Shown here: positions 38,182 to 50,099 of the stretch, piece after piece
Layout of the letters: each line of letters begins with the position of its first letter
Numbering within the stretch: the first letter of the stretch is position 1
Assembly: GCF_023055435.1 (NCBI RefSeq)
Contig: NW_025964112.1
Span: forward strand, 63,798,001-63,862,000
Direction of reading: 5' to 3'
Source: Haliotis rufescens
Lineage: Eukaryota
Length of the DNA: 64,000 bases
Position numbers and translations under genes: made by a program
Notes under the pieces: model-generated
Database searches by the model: none
What the model was told of the DNA's origin: nothing
Seen by the model: only the letters and a program-made list of their open reading frames with translations

Positions 38182-38702
38182 GGCAAGAGTGCCCACTAGC
38201 CTATATCAAAGCCTTGTTTTCTACCTTGCCATTTCAAGCCTACTTTCTTGGCTCAATTGGGGCACTACCCTGTGTAGAAGATGAGTCGTGTCTCTTGTGA
38301 TATCCAATCAGATCGCTGTTCTTATGGCTTCACAAAGTGACGACCACATGATATCCTATCAGATCGCTGTTCTTATTTTTAATGGCTTCACAGTGATGAC
38401 TTCTATGGCAGACAACCTGATTTGCATTCAAATATATGAAATTACTCGGGCAAGTTGATTGAAAACTTGAACCACTTCAAAATATTTGTCTTAGCTTAAT
38501 TTCTTAATGATGTCGACGCAAATTCGACAGACAATGACTGTGTCAAAAGCATCAACCACGTTTTCAGAACACGTTGATTGGTCAAATGTTCTCTGATTGG
38601 ACTTTGGATATGTGTGAGAGTTCTCTCATATTTCAGCACCAAAAGTAGGCTTGATATGGAGGGTGGAAACTACACTGATACAGGCTAGTGGATATGTTTG
38701 CC
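38182..38702. mobile_element. Degenerate long-TIR MITE downstream of UBE2Z
   Basis: CCACTAGCCT.TATCA..TCAAGCCTACTTT mirrored by AAAGTAGGCTTGA..TGATACAGGCTAGTGG. Confidence 0.6.
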
Positions 38703-38853
38703 TCAGCAATCTGCATTTCAGATGTGTTACATTGATGTGTTGATGCACGTATATATGGAACTGTATTTACTGTGAAACTGGCTCATTCTGTCTTGTCTTG
38801 TCTCCCACAGCTTACTCACAGTGTTGAGGATGTTAGGTGCTGCATTAGATATA

Positions 38854-38968
38854 TACTACACACAAAAAGTAAAGAACACCCAATTCTTTCATATTACTTC
38901 AGTGCCATGACAGATTAAGTCTAGTTTTATGAAAAAATCGGGTGTTCTTTAACTTTTTTTGTGTAGTA
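38854..38968. mobile_element. Short palindromic MITE in TA context (Tc1/mariner-like); relatives at about 29618-29722 and 40375-40775
   Basis: TACTACACA..AAAAAGT..AAGAACACCC / GGGTGTTCTT..ACTTTTT..TGTGTAGTA flanked by TA. Confidence 0.75.
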
Positions 38969-39780
38969 TATATCTAGATCTAGTAGTAAACAGAGTAATC
39001 ATTCCTGCTTAGAGGCCAATATTGAATCACTAGACTGCAGCAAGCATCATTAAAAAAAAGAAAATGGGAACTGCAAATTTCACAATACAATGTTATAGTT
39101 GTTATAGAATTAATACTTTGTTACACGTTGACCATGACAAAACACCTTTGATTACATAAAAATAAGAACAAATTTGAACTGAATAATGATTTTTTCAGTG
39201 AACTCTGAATGTTCTTGAAAATTTATCATGTAAGGAGTGAGTAGTTGTAGATAAATTGATTGTCAGTATCTTGACCATGTCAAGGTTTTACCGGAGCTAA
39301 CTTATTGTGTCGTTTACACATAAACTTTGAGAATGGATGCAAATAAAACAATACATTGTTATTTCAAAGGGACCCAACATCATGTCTTGTTTGAGCTATT
39401 ACGACTAGTTTGCTTGTAGCATGCATGGTGTATTCAACTGTTCTAGTCTCCTAAGAAATACTATGCCCAAAGTATCCTGGGGTATAACCAGGAAATCCCT
39501 ACCATAGAAACTCCTCAGGGACCATAGTTTATTGTAAGCAAATGGAGTTACCACGATTTCACTGTAGTGGGGTATGGTTGTTCTTTGTTCCCTGTGAAAA
39601 ATGACTGTAAACATTGTGGCGTGAGTGGCCACATCTGTAATTGTTAAAATGTGTTCTACCCAAATGCGTTCATGACTACCTTTCAGAGATGCAAGTTGTG
39701 CTAGAGATATATTTTCCTTATATATCTACACCATGTGCAGCCAGTTGGGTCAATGTTAGACTGCAGCATTCACATTCTAC

Positions 39781-40062
39781 CGGGGGCACGGGTGGCCCAG
39801 TTGTCTAAGGCGCCGCGATTCGCTGTGCAGAGTTGCGTCCCTTGGGCACGCCAGAAATCTATGATTGTGGGTTCCAATCCCGGTTCACCCCGATTATGTT
39901 TCTAGGTTTGTCAGCACCATACCCGTGCTCGTGGGTTTCACCGAAGTGGTAAACGTCTTAGACCTGCATCACTTCGGGCTTTCCTCCCACATTAAGCTGA
40001 CACGCCGTGATATAACTGGAATAATGTTAAAAGCGGCGTTAAACCCAACTCACTCACTCACT
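39781..40062 (+). mobile_element. SINE family C (tRNA-Leu/Ser-like head), full length
   Basis: TGGCCCAGTTGTCTAAGGCGC A box, GGGTTCCAATCC B box, (ACTC)n tail, 10-bp TSD CACATTCTAC. Confidence 0.9.
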
Positions 40063-40441
40063 CACATTCTACGTTTCCCCATAGCACACAGCTCCTTGGA
40101 CAGAGCCACACAAAATGCCTCGGAATTTAGAAAAATCTGATTTTGAACTAAGGAAATATTTTTTTCAATGAACTCAATTTTCTGGGGCATGTATCACGTT
40201 ATCTGTTGTTGGAGACATGTGGAGTTTTACGAGACATAACATATTGGCTGCAAACTGGGAACATAAAATCTATTCACTTGACATAGCCACACAAATAGGA
40301 GTAAGCTTGAGATTGTTTGGAATCAAAGCAAATGAAAAAGCTTCTTACAGTCATAATTTCTTATATAAAGCTAAAAAAGAAGAAGTAAGGACTCCCTGAT
40401 TCTTTTATATTACTATACATGTAGTTAATCTGTCATGGCAG

Positions 40442-40711
40442 GAGGGCACGGGTGGCCCAGTCGTCTAAGGCCCCGCTATTCGCTGTTCAGAGTTGTGACC
40501 CTTGGTCACGCCAGAAACCTATGATTGCGGGTTTGAATCCCGGTTCATCCTGATTATGTACCTGTGCTCGTGGGTTTCACCGAAGTAGTAAACATCTGAG
40601 ACCTGCATCACTTCTGGCTTTCCTCCCCCATTAAGCTGACACGCCGTGATATAACTGGAATACTGTTAAAAGTGGCATAAAACCCAACTCACTCACTCAC
40701 TCACTCACTCA
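40442..40711 (+). mobile_element. SINE family C inserted into a palindromic MITE
   Basis: TSD CTGTC[A/G]TGGCAG. Confidence 0.88.
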
Positions 40712-42361
40712 CTGTCGTGGCAGATTAACTGTAATATGAAAGAATCAGGTGGTCCTTAACTATTGTTTAATAGTATATGTGCCAAGTGAATCAATCGGAT
40801 GTATTTGGCAAAACACCCATGTTGACAAAGCTCTACCTGCCAAATACCCTCCGCTGATTACCTGATACAGACAAGCTAAGTGATAGTTGAGGAAATGAGC
40901 TTCCTTTCATTGTATGCTGGAACTGCCTGAGAGTCTGAAACAATGGGCCAAGGTTTGGTTCTGTTAACACAGAAGGTAGGCTTGTGTTGTACGAGGAGGG
41001 ACAAAGGTCCATGGTTTACCTGCTATTGATGTGTGTTGGTTTGGGTCTGGATTTGTGACGGAAGAGTACTGTACACCCCAGCAATGACTAGAAACGTTTC
41101 TATGGAGTAAGTTCTGAATCCGAAATGGCATGTCATATGGTACTAAACTTTACAAAACATTTGAAATGGCCAAAATTGTTTCAGGAATCGGTCCATGATC
41201 CCACGCGTCTCTGTGTTTTACATGAAGCCCATTTCTGATGTCCCCGCCGTGATGTTGCAGGAATACTGCTAAAAACGGGGTACAACCACACTGACTGTGT
41301 TTTACAACATGGAACTAGGGGTAGCTGATCATCTTGTCATACCAATATTTATTATGTGCATATTTATAATGAAATCATGCAGCCAATGTGCAGAGGTATG
41401 ACGACATCGCTGGGATATATCCCAGTATTCACATAGGCTGATATTCCACCAAATCTATGGCTAAAGAATTACAAATTGAATTGTAATATTCCTAATTATG
41501 GTTGTTATGATTGATAATATTCAGGAATGTGTTTTTGAAGGTGACTTTTATTTCACTGCTAACAGGACCAAATAATGTACCCGCCAAAAAGACTTTAATA
41601 CTTAGTTTTTACATTATTTTTGCAGTGCTAAAATATTTTGAATAAGACTATTAGGGATGTTAAGAATTTCCCAAGTTTGAACAAACTAATGGTTTTCCCT
41701 CCAATATGCCTGCCATGGCATTAACTGTGTTAATACCTCTAATATGAGGGTTCTGGATGGGATCAGTGTGTGATGTCAGGACAAAGTTAATGTTGTCATG
41801 TCTATATATGGGGATTATGGGAAGACTTGGTCCACAGCAACCACAGCACTGGGCCTGATAGGGTGGATTAGAGACTTGATTTATTGCGAGTCCCTAACTG
41901 TGGATAACACGTTGCTTACAATATCAATCACTGGTTTATCTTGACCTCACGCGATTACAAGTGTGGTGTTAGGCAACAAACAATGTAATGTCCACAGTTG
42001 CCATACAACCATATATGTATAGAAGACACTACTTCCCTATGGAAGAACTTTGTATTTATTTGTTATGATAAAATGCTCTTTAGACATGTAATCAGATAAA
42101 TCATGTATATTCCATTGTATAGCCTCGCATTTCAGCATAGCATAATTTATTTTTAGTTCCACTGTTTTAGACAGCTCAGCTGTTATTGTAGTGATTGTAC
42201 ATACTGTTTGTGTATTGTTTTTCTTGTTGTCAATTTAATAATGAGATAACCTGAGACATTATTGACCACTTCCAATATATAATTTGCTACATTGTCCTAT
42301 ATAGAAAATTAACCAAGCTAAAGACCAAAATGGAATTTGTTATTTAATATTTCATGAAGTA

Positions 42362-43223
42362 TTTTTGGCTGACCTGACTGAGAATCAAGTGAGCTTTTGT
42401 TGTGACGCATTTTCTGTCGTCCGTCTTCATATCTGTCCATCATTACGTTTTGCATTTTCAACATCTCTACTGAAACTATGTGTCCAACAAAATTGGTATG
42501 AATGTTCTCAGCTATTGTGTCTCTAAAACATGCTCACAGAATTCCGTTTCAATTTTAACCATCTTTTGAAACCCATTTACGGCTATTTAGCAGCCATCTT
42601 TTTTCCAAAATGTATTGAAATTTGGCCTAAGTGTAGTTAGAAGTGTGGCCTAACATAAATATTGTGATATTCTGAATTTTGACCTTGAGTCATCCTTTCA
42701 CCATCCCGTACCTTTTGATATAGGAGAAAATAGTGAAAAAAGCTCAAACAGGCCCAAACTGCCAACAGATGTTTTACCACATTGGCTGACCAAAGCCAAA
42801 ACAGCCATTGCTTCAGACCTCAAAGCAGTAGCTAGTAGCCTACAGCATGTCAAAGAGGAGTCTCTTTCTTTTGTCGGGCTCCTTAAAAGTACATGACCCT
42901 GTGACCTCCAGTAACCCCAACATTGACAGTTGCACTTAAACCATAATCTTAAATCCCTTCTCTTCTATCACTGCTTCACTGATGAAGCTGAAATTTGGAA
43001 TGCATTGCCTTATTATGAAGACATCTTATCTAAATTTCTTAAAGGTTTTATTTTAAAAAATTACAGGTTTTAAACTTTGTGTGACTGTTATGACTATACG
43101 AAGATCCTAATAGTTCAAGGCACCACTATAACCACACACTAATGTTGTCTAAAATAAGGTTGAAGGTCATAACATTATTTTTTCTTGCCAGGTGAGCTGC
43201 AGGGCCTTGTGGCTCTATTTGTT
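42362..43223 (+). mobile_element. Non-autonomous Helentron (HINE/DINE-like) element
   Basis: 5' T-run plus GCT(C/G)ACCTG..GTGAGC subterminal IR, GTCCGTC microsatellite seed, 3' CAGGTGAGC plus GGCC-hairpin plus TTGTT: the HINE architecture. Confidence 0.7.
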
Positions 43224-43299
43224 GGATGTAAGGTGATGTTTGATGAATAAGATGCTTGTGTGATGACTCTTCATCAGGAAACCTTCAACTTGTGAAGAG

Positions 43300-43471
43300 A
43301 GGGGCGGTCGGGTAGCCTAGTGGTTAGAGCCTTGGCACGCCACGCCGGAGACCCGGGTTCGATTCCCGACATGGGTACAATGTGTGAAGCCCATTTCTGG
43401 TGTCCCCCGCCGTGATATTGCTTGAATATTGCTAAAAGCGGCGTAAAACCATACTCACTCACTCATTCACT
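43300..43471 (+). mobile_element. SINE family A (tRNA-Asp-like head), full length
   Basis: A box TAGCCTAGTGG, B box GGTTCGATTCC, (ACTC)n tail, 11-bp TSD CTTGTGAAGAG. Confidence 0.92.
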
Positions 43472-44929
43472 CTTGTGAAGAGTAAAGAATACTTAAGATA
43501 TTTCAGTTGCCTCCCTTAGCACTGCCAGGATCTACTAAGTATCATTTCCAATCCCAGGTTCATTACGATGATCCATCGTCTGGCAGCCATAGCCTTCCTG
43601 GTTGGTATCAAGTGGTATACATCTAGACCCTGCCCTCCTTTAGGCTGTCCTTAACCATAGGATTCCTAGTTCTGCTTCCCCATTGCACATGAAAACTAAT
43701 CCTTGGACTCCACACAAAATACCTCAGCATTTACGAAACTAAGAACTATTTTGAACTAAGGAATTATATTTTCAATGAACTCAATGGTTTGGGGAATGTA
43801 TCAAGTTATCTGTAGATGGAGACAAGTGGAGTTTTAACATTTGCTGCAAAGTGTGAACATAAAATCTACTCACTTGACATAGCCACACAAAAAGTAGTAA
43901 GCATGAGATTGTTTGCAATCAAAGCAAATAAAAAGCTTATGACAGTCATAATTGCATATATAAAGCTAAAACATAAAGTAATGGCCTCCAGGTTATTTAA
44001 TATTACTATACATGTATCACCCTGATTGTTTCTAAGTTTGTGCGTATCATCCTCATGCTGGTTGCTTCAACCAGAGTGTAAGGCTCTCCTCCCACAGCAC
44101 ACTGACAATCTTCCAGTGAATGAATACTGAAATAAAGCTACTCTTCACTTATGAAATCCATGTGAGGGACCAGATTGCTATGAAGCCGAGGAATGTGGAC
44201 TGCATTCTAGGCAACACTGTTCATTGGTATCACTTGACCTTACCGGTGTAAAGGAGGTGCTGTAGGATCTCCAGTCTGGTTCTCTAAGATATTGTTTCTT
44301 CTGAATGATGACTCAAGCCAGTGTTTGTTTTCCTCATTGCAGCTGAGTAGTGGGAATCTGGTTTCCATTTGTCATGTTAAATATCTAGTGAATGAGTGAG
44401 TTTGGTTTAATACTGCTTTGAACAGTAATTCAGTTACATCACGGTGTGTCAGCTAAGGGACTGGCCTTTTGATAAAATAAATAATAGTATTAAATAATTA
44501 TGCCTCAGAATGTTGAAAAAAAGAAAGAAATTGCCTACTGCCTCATCAATTATATTGTGCAAGGTGTTATTCTTTAAAAACTCAGTCTCATAGTTATAGA
44601 TATAAAAATATCTGGTTTTGTAGCTGTAGCTGAATAAATATCTAACCTCGATACAACATCCCATCCTCCACCCCTCCGGACATCAAATGGTCGGTCCTTA
44701 ATGTGATGCAGGGCTAAGATGTTTACCACTTTGGTGAAAGGCAGGAGTAGCACATTCTTAGTGTCACACATGTCCAAATTACAAACTGTTTGTTATTAGG
44801 TGTGTCTTAAATGATGATCAAGTGGATCAGTGTGACTAGTAGTTGTATGTATGGGGGTTCTCTAGGCTGCTCCTGCAGTTTGGTGGGGAGGTAGAACACT
44901 AAAAGCATGGAATAGTAACTGTTATGTAC

Positions 44930-45892
44930 CTCTTGTTAACCTGATTGTGTGTCATCACTCATGGTGTGGGATATTGAACTGTTATCTACCACTGGTTGTC
45001 ACACACCAACCATGTGAATCAAAGATGACAGCTGGTGACCAAATGGTCTCTTGTTTACCTGATTGTGTGTCATCACTCATGGTGTTGGATATTGAACTGT
45101 TATCTGCCACTGGTTGTCACACACCAACCATGTGAATCAAAGATGACAGCTGGTGACCAAATGGTCTCTTGTGTACCTGATTGTGTGTCATCACTCATAG
45201 CGTGGGATATTGAACTGTTATCTACCACTGGTTGTCGTCATACACCAACCATGTGAATCGAAGATGACAGCTGGTGACCACATGGTCTCTTGTGTACCTG
45301 ATTGTGTGTCATCACTCATGGTGTGGGATATTGAACTGTTATCTACCACTGGTTGTCGTCATACACCAACTATGTGAATCAAAGTTGACAGCTGGTGACC
45401 ACATGGTCTCTTGTGTACCTGATTGTGTGTCATCACTCATAGCGTGGGATATTGAACTGTTATCTACCACTGGTTGTCGTCATACACCAACCATGTGAAT
45501 CGAAGATGACAGCTGGTGACCACATGGTCTCTTGTGTACCTGATTGTGTGTCATCACTCATGGTGGTTGGATTTTGAACTGTTATCTACCACTGGTTGTC
45601 ATCATACACCAACCATGTGAATCAAAGATGACAGCTGGTGACCACTTGGTCTCTTTTGTACCTGATTGTGTGTCATCACTCATGGTGTTGGATATTGAAC
45701 TGTTATCTACCACTGGTTGTCATCATACACCAACCATGTGAATCAAAGATGACAGCTGGTGACCACGTGGTCTCTTGTGTACCTGATTGTGTGTCATCAC
45801 TCATGGTGTTGGATATTGAACTGTTATCTACCACTGGTTGTCATCATACACCAACTATGTGAATCAAAGATGACAGCTGGTGACCACATGGC
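44930..45892. repeat. About 121-bp tandem repeat, 8 copies
   Basis: CCTGATTGTGTGTCATCACTCAT...GAATCAAAGATGACAGCTGGTGACC repeated. Confidence 0.97.
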
Positions 45893-46411
45893 CTATGGCT
45901 CTGCATCATGATGTTCAGAGTTGCCCCCCCTTTGCTGCCATGATTTAAAGATTTGATCCAATACATACACCTGATCACATTGGCTTTCACATCATGCTTG
46001 ACAAGCCAGTTGCAGCTACACTTCACCATAGCAACCAGCCAAACTAGCCAGTGACAAGCATACATGGCCTGTTTTTCTTCGTCAGAATTTCAAGATAATT
46101 GTTCCACAGGAAAACCACTGGTTCCAAACATATTCTGTACATTGAAAAATTCTGTAACCATGGAAACATCTATTAATCAATACCATTAATAACTATTTTC
46201 ATGGTTTCCATTGTTCCAGAGTGTTTGTAATCTTTAAGAGACTTCACTATTGCCCAAACAGTTTTTCAGAGGTATATTGTGTAGTATCTCACTGTGGTGA
46301 ACGTTGCTTGTACATATCTGTTAGATTGCATTTAGTGATACTTGTATCATCATTTATACTTATATTGAAACAATAAAATGACTAATCACACATGTGTGTC
46401 GTTCTGTGTGT

Positions 46412-46652
46412 CCCTGTCTGGCGCTCGGCATTAAGGGGCTAAAACAAGGACTGGTCGGCTCGGAGTCAGTATACTGTGTCTGAGTGGGGTATTCATGTTA
46501 AACTGCGGCATGGTATCTCAGTGAGCTAGGGCTATAAATCGGCATCATTCCGGACTAGTACAAGCAGCCACACAAACACACACACGTACATGCACGTCGC
46601 TATATAAGTGCAATAATCTTGGACGCGGCGTTAAACCCCATTTCACCTCACC
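46412..46652 (+). mobile_element. SINE family D, 5'-truncated (other partial copies at 1-121, 31415-31645, 54478-54672 minus)
   Basis: Near-identical to 28220-28460; TSD GTTCTGTGTG. Confidence 0.88.
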
Positions 46653-47081
46653 GTTCTGTGTGTAAAGACCTGTAGATGGCCATCCAACAGATGCCAAGTT
46701 TGTGGTTGGTTGTTTGTTTGTATAATCAAGTCTGGATCAGACAATCCAGTGATTGATATCATGAGCATCGATCCACACAATCAGGGTCAATGACCAAGTC
46801 AGCGAGCCTAACCACCCGATCCCGTTAGTCGCCTCTTACGGCAAGCAGCCAAGTAATGATGCAGGTAAGAACTGGTCAACAGCATCCAATGGTGGTCATG
46901 ATCAGTGACTTGGTGGATTGCATGTCTTCATATTCAATAGAGTGGAAAGTTGCCCCCAATATCCATCACTGCTGGAATATTGCTGAGTGCCGGTTAAACA
47001 AGAAACACATGGACATGATGCACATCTGGTAATGTTGAAGTTGAAGCACAACTGTCAGGACAGGACAGTCACATTGACGGC

Positions 47082-48762
47082 AAGGTATAATGATGGGATT
47101 CACAATAGATGGTCACAGAGACTGGAAGGTACACGCACTGTTGGGGTTCATGAGAGATGGTCACAGAGACTGGAAGGTATACGCACTGTTGGGGTTCACA
47201 ATAGCTGGTCACAGAGACTGGAAGGTAGACGCACTGTTGGGGTTCATGAGAGATGCTCACAGAGACTTGAAGGTATACGCACTGTTGGGGTTCATGAGAG
47301 ATGCTCACAGAGACTGGAAGGTAGACGCACTGTTGGGGTTCACAATAGCTGGTCACAGAGACTGGAAGGTAGACGCACCGTTGGGGTTCACAAAAGCTGA
47401 TCACGGAGACTGGAAGGTATACGCACTGTTGGGGTTCATGATAGATGGTCACAGAGACTGGAAGGTATACGCACTGTTGGGGTTCATGAGAGATGCTCAC
47501 AGAGACTGGAAGCTCTACCCCCTGTTGGGGTTCATGAGAGATGATCACAGAGACTGGAAGGTAAAGGCACTGTTGGGGTTCACAATAGCTGATCACAGAG
47601 ACTGGAAGGTATACGCACTGTTGGGGTTCATGAGAGATGGTCACAGAGACTGGAAGCTCTACCCACTGTTGGGGTTCATGAGAGATGATCACAGAGACTG
47701 GAAGCTCTACCCACTGTTGGGGTTCATGAGAGATGATCACGGAGACTGGAAGGTATACGCACTGTTGGGGTTCATGAGAGATGCTCACAGAGACTGGAAG
47801 GTAAAGGAACTGTTGGGGTTCACAATAGCTGATCACAGAGACTGGAAGCTATACGCACTGTTGGGGTTCATGAGAGATGCTCACAGAGACTGGAAGGTAT
47901 ACGCACTGTTGGGGTTCATGAGAGATGCTCACAGAGACTGGAAGGTATACGCACTGTTGGGGTTCATGAGAGATGCTCACAGAGACTGGAAGGTAAAGGA
48001 ACTGTTGGGGTTCACAATAGCTGATCACAGAGACTGGAAGGTATACGCACTGTTGGGGTTCATGATAGATGGTCACAGACACTGGAAGGTATACGCACTG
48101 TTGGGGTTCATGAGAGATGGTCACAGAGACTGGAAGGTACACGCACTGTTGGGGTTCATGAGAGATGGTCACAGAGACTTGAAGGTACACGCACTGTTGG
48201 GGTTCATGATAGATGCTCACAGACACTGGAAGGTATACGCACTGTTGGGGTTCATGAGAGATGCTCACAGAGACTGGGAGGTAAAGGAACTGTTGGGGTT
48301 CACAATAGCTGATCACAGAGACTGGAAGCTCTACCTACTGTTGGGGTTCATGAGAGATGCTCACAGAGACTGGAAGGTACAACTGTTGGGGTTCATGAGA
48401 GATGGTCACAGAGACTGGAAGGTACACGCACTGTTGGGGTTCATGAGAGATGCTCACAGAGACTGGAAGATATACGCACTGTTGGGGTTCACAATAGCTG
48501 ATCACAGACACTGGAAGATATACGCACTGTTGGGGTTCACAATAGCTGGTCACAGAGACTGGAAGGTATACGCACTGTTGGGGTTCATGAGAGATGCTCA
48601 CAGAGACTGGAAGGTACACGCACTGTTGGGGTTCATGAGAGATGGTCACAGAGACTGGAAGGTACACGCACTGTTGGGGTTCATGAGAGATGCTCACAGA
48701 GACTGGAAGGTAAAGGAACTGTTGGGGTTCACAATAGCTGGTCACAGAGACTGGAAGGTATA
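47082..48762. repeat. 48-bp minisatellite, about 35 copies
   Basis: Unit ACTGTTGGGGTTCATGAGAGATGGTCACAGAGACTGGAAGGTATACGC. Confidence 0.98.
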
Positions 48763-49932
48763 GGGGAGTGTTGGGGAGATGCTCAGACTTCCGGAAACAA
48801 ACTGAGGGCAGTATTGCGTGTGATGACAGAGCTTCATATGGTCTGCGAACTACGGGAGATTTGAGGCAGGAGGCGGGTCATGACATCAGCTGCATGGGAT
48901 GCATGATAGTCAACATGGCTTCAGGGGCCAACATGACATTAAACACTTTACAGAATGTCTTCAACGCATCCAAATACAATTCATAACTTAACACCTTGTT
49001 GCTGTTCTAAAATACTCACAAATGCGAACGAAATGGGCCAAAAAGATATTTTCAATATGGCTACCACGGATGTCATTGTGAATGCGTTGGGATCAGGTCT
49101 ATACACCATCCAGTTGAAATTCATGCATGGGAACACGGGTGGCCCAGTGATAGAAAACGCTGGATTCGCTGGGCAGACAGGTGTCACAATCCTCGTCTTG
49201 TGGGTTCGAATCCCAGATTCGCACCGGCGGTGAATCTCAGCACCAGTGCCTGTGGGTTTCAGTCATCTGGTACACGCCCACGACAAGTGTCCCCTTGGGC
49301 TTTTCTTACACATTGAACTGGCACGCCGTCGTATAACTGAAATAACGCTGAAAGCGACGTTTAACTCACTCACTCACAAACAAACAAACAAACAAGCATT
49401 CATATATGTATTTTTAGCGCTGATGTATGAAAGGTCTCACGAGAGTAGGGCACAGAATTATATTTTATTGATTCTATGCCCAAGGTGGGGGACGGTATGA
49501 TAGCCCCAAGGTGAACGTGTTCGCTCGTCACGCCGGAGGCCTGGGTTCTATTCTCCTCATGGGTAGTATGTGTGAAGCCCCAAATTTGGTCAAGCCAGAA
49601 TGTGGCTAAAGGTATCGTTAAACCAAACTCACCCACCCAAACCCCACCCGCTGACCCTTATCAACGAAAGAACCCAAATATACTTGATAACTTTAATGAA
49701 TAAAGTGCCCTTTACCATGTGTGAACAACTAGTTTACTCCAATCTCGCAGGATATCAACCTCGAGGCGCGCTTTGATCACAACATCGCTGTTTGATGTGA
49801 GATTAGAAATATGAAGATCAATTAGAGGCGTGTAATGGATTGTGTAATTGGCTCTTCGTTATAGATGGCTGATTGATGTCGCGTTGACGCTGCTGCTACT
49901 GTTGCCGTTCCCACACAAATCACACATTTAAA

Positions 49933-50099
49933 GGGGCGATCTGGGAGCCTAGTGGTTAAAGCGTTCGCTCGTCACGCCGAAGACCCGGGTTCGATTCCCG
50001 ACATGGGTACAATGTGTGAAGCCTATTTCTGGTGTCCCCCGCCGTGATATTGCTGGAATATTGCTAAAAGCGGCGTAAAACCATACTCACTCACTCACT
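49933..50099 (+). mobile_element. SINE family A, full length
   Basis: Near-identical to the 43300 copy; 12-bp TSD CACACATTTAAA. Confidence 0.92.

Noticed and set aside
47069-48763. 557-aa and opposite-strand repeat ORFs
   Set aside because: 48-bp minisatellite whose unit is a multiple of three.
49933-50005. Possible tRNA-Asp gene (also 43301, 28108, 39781)
   Set aside because: No acceptor-stem closure; continues into SINE body, tail and TSD.
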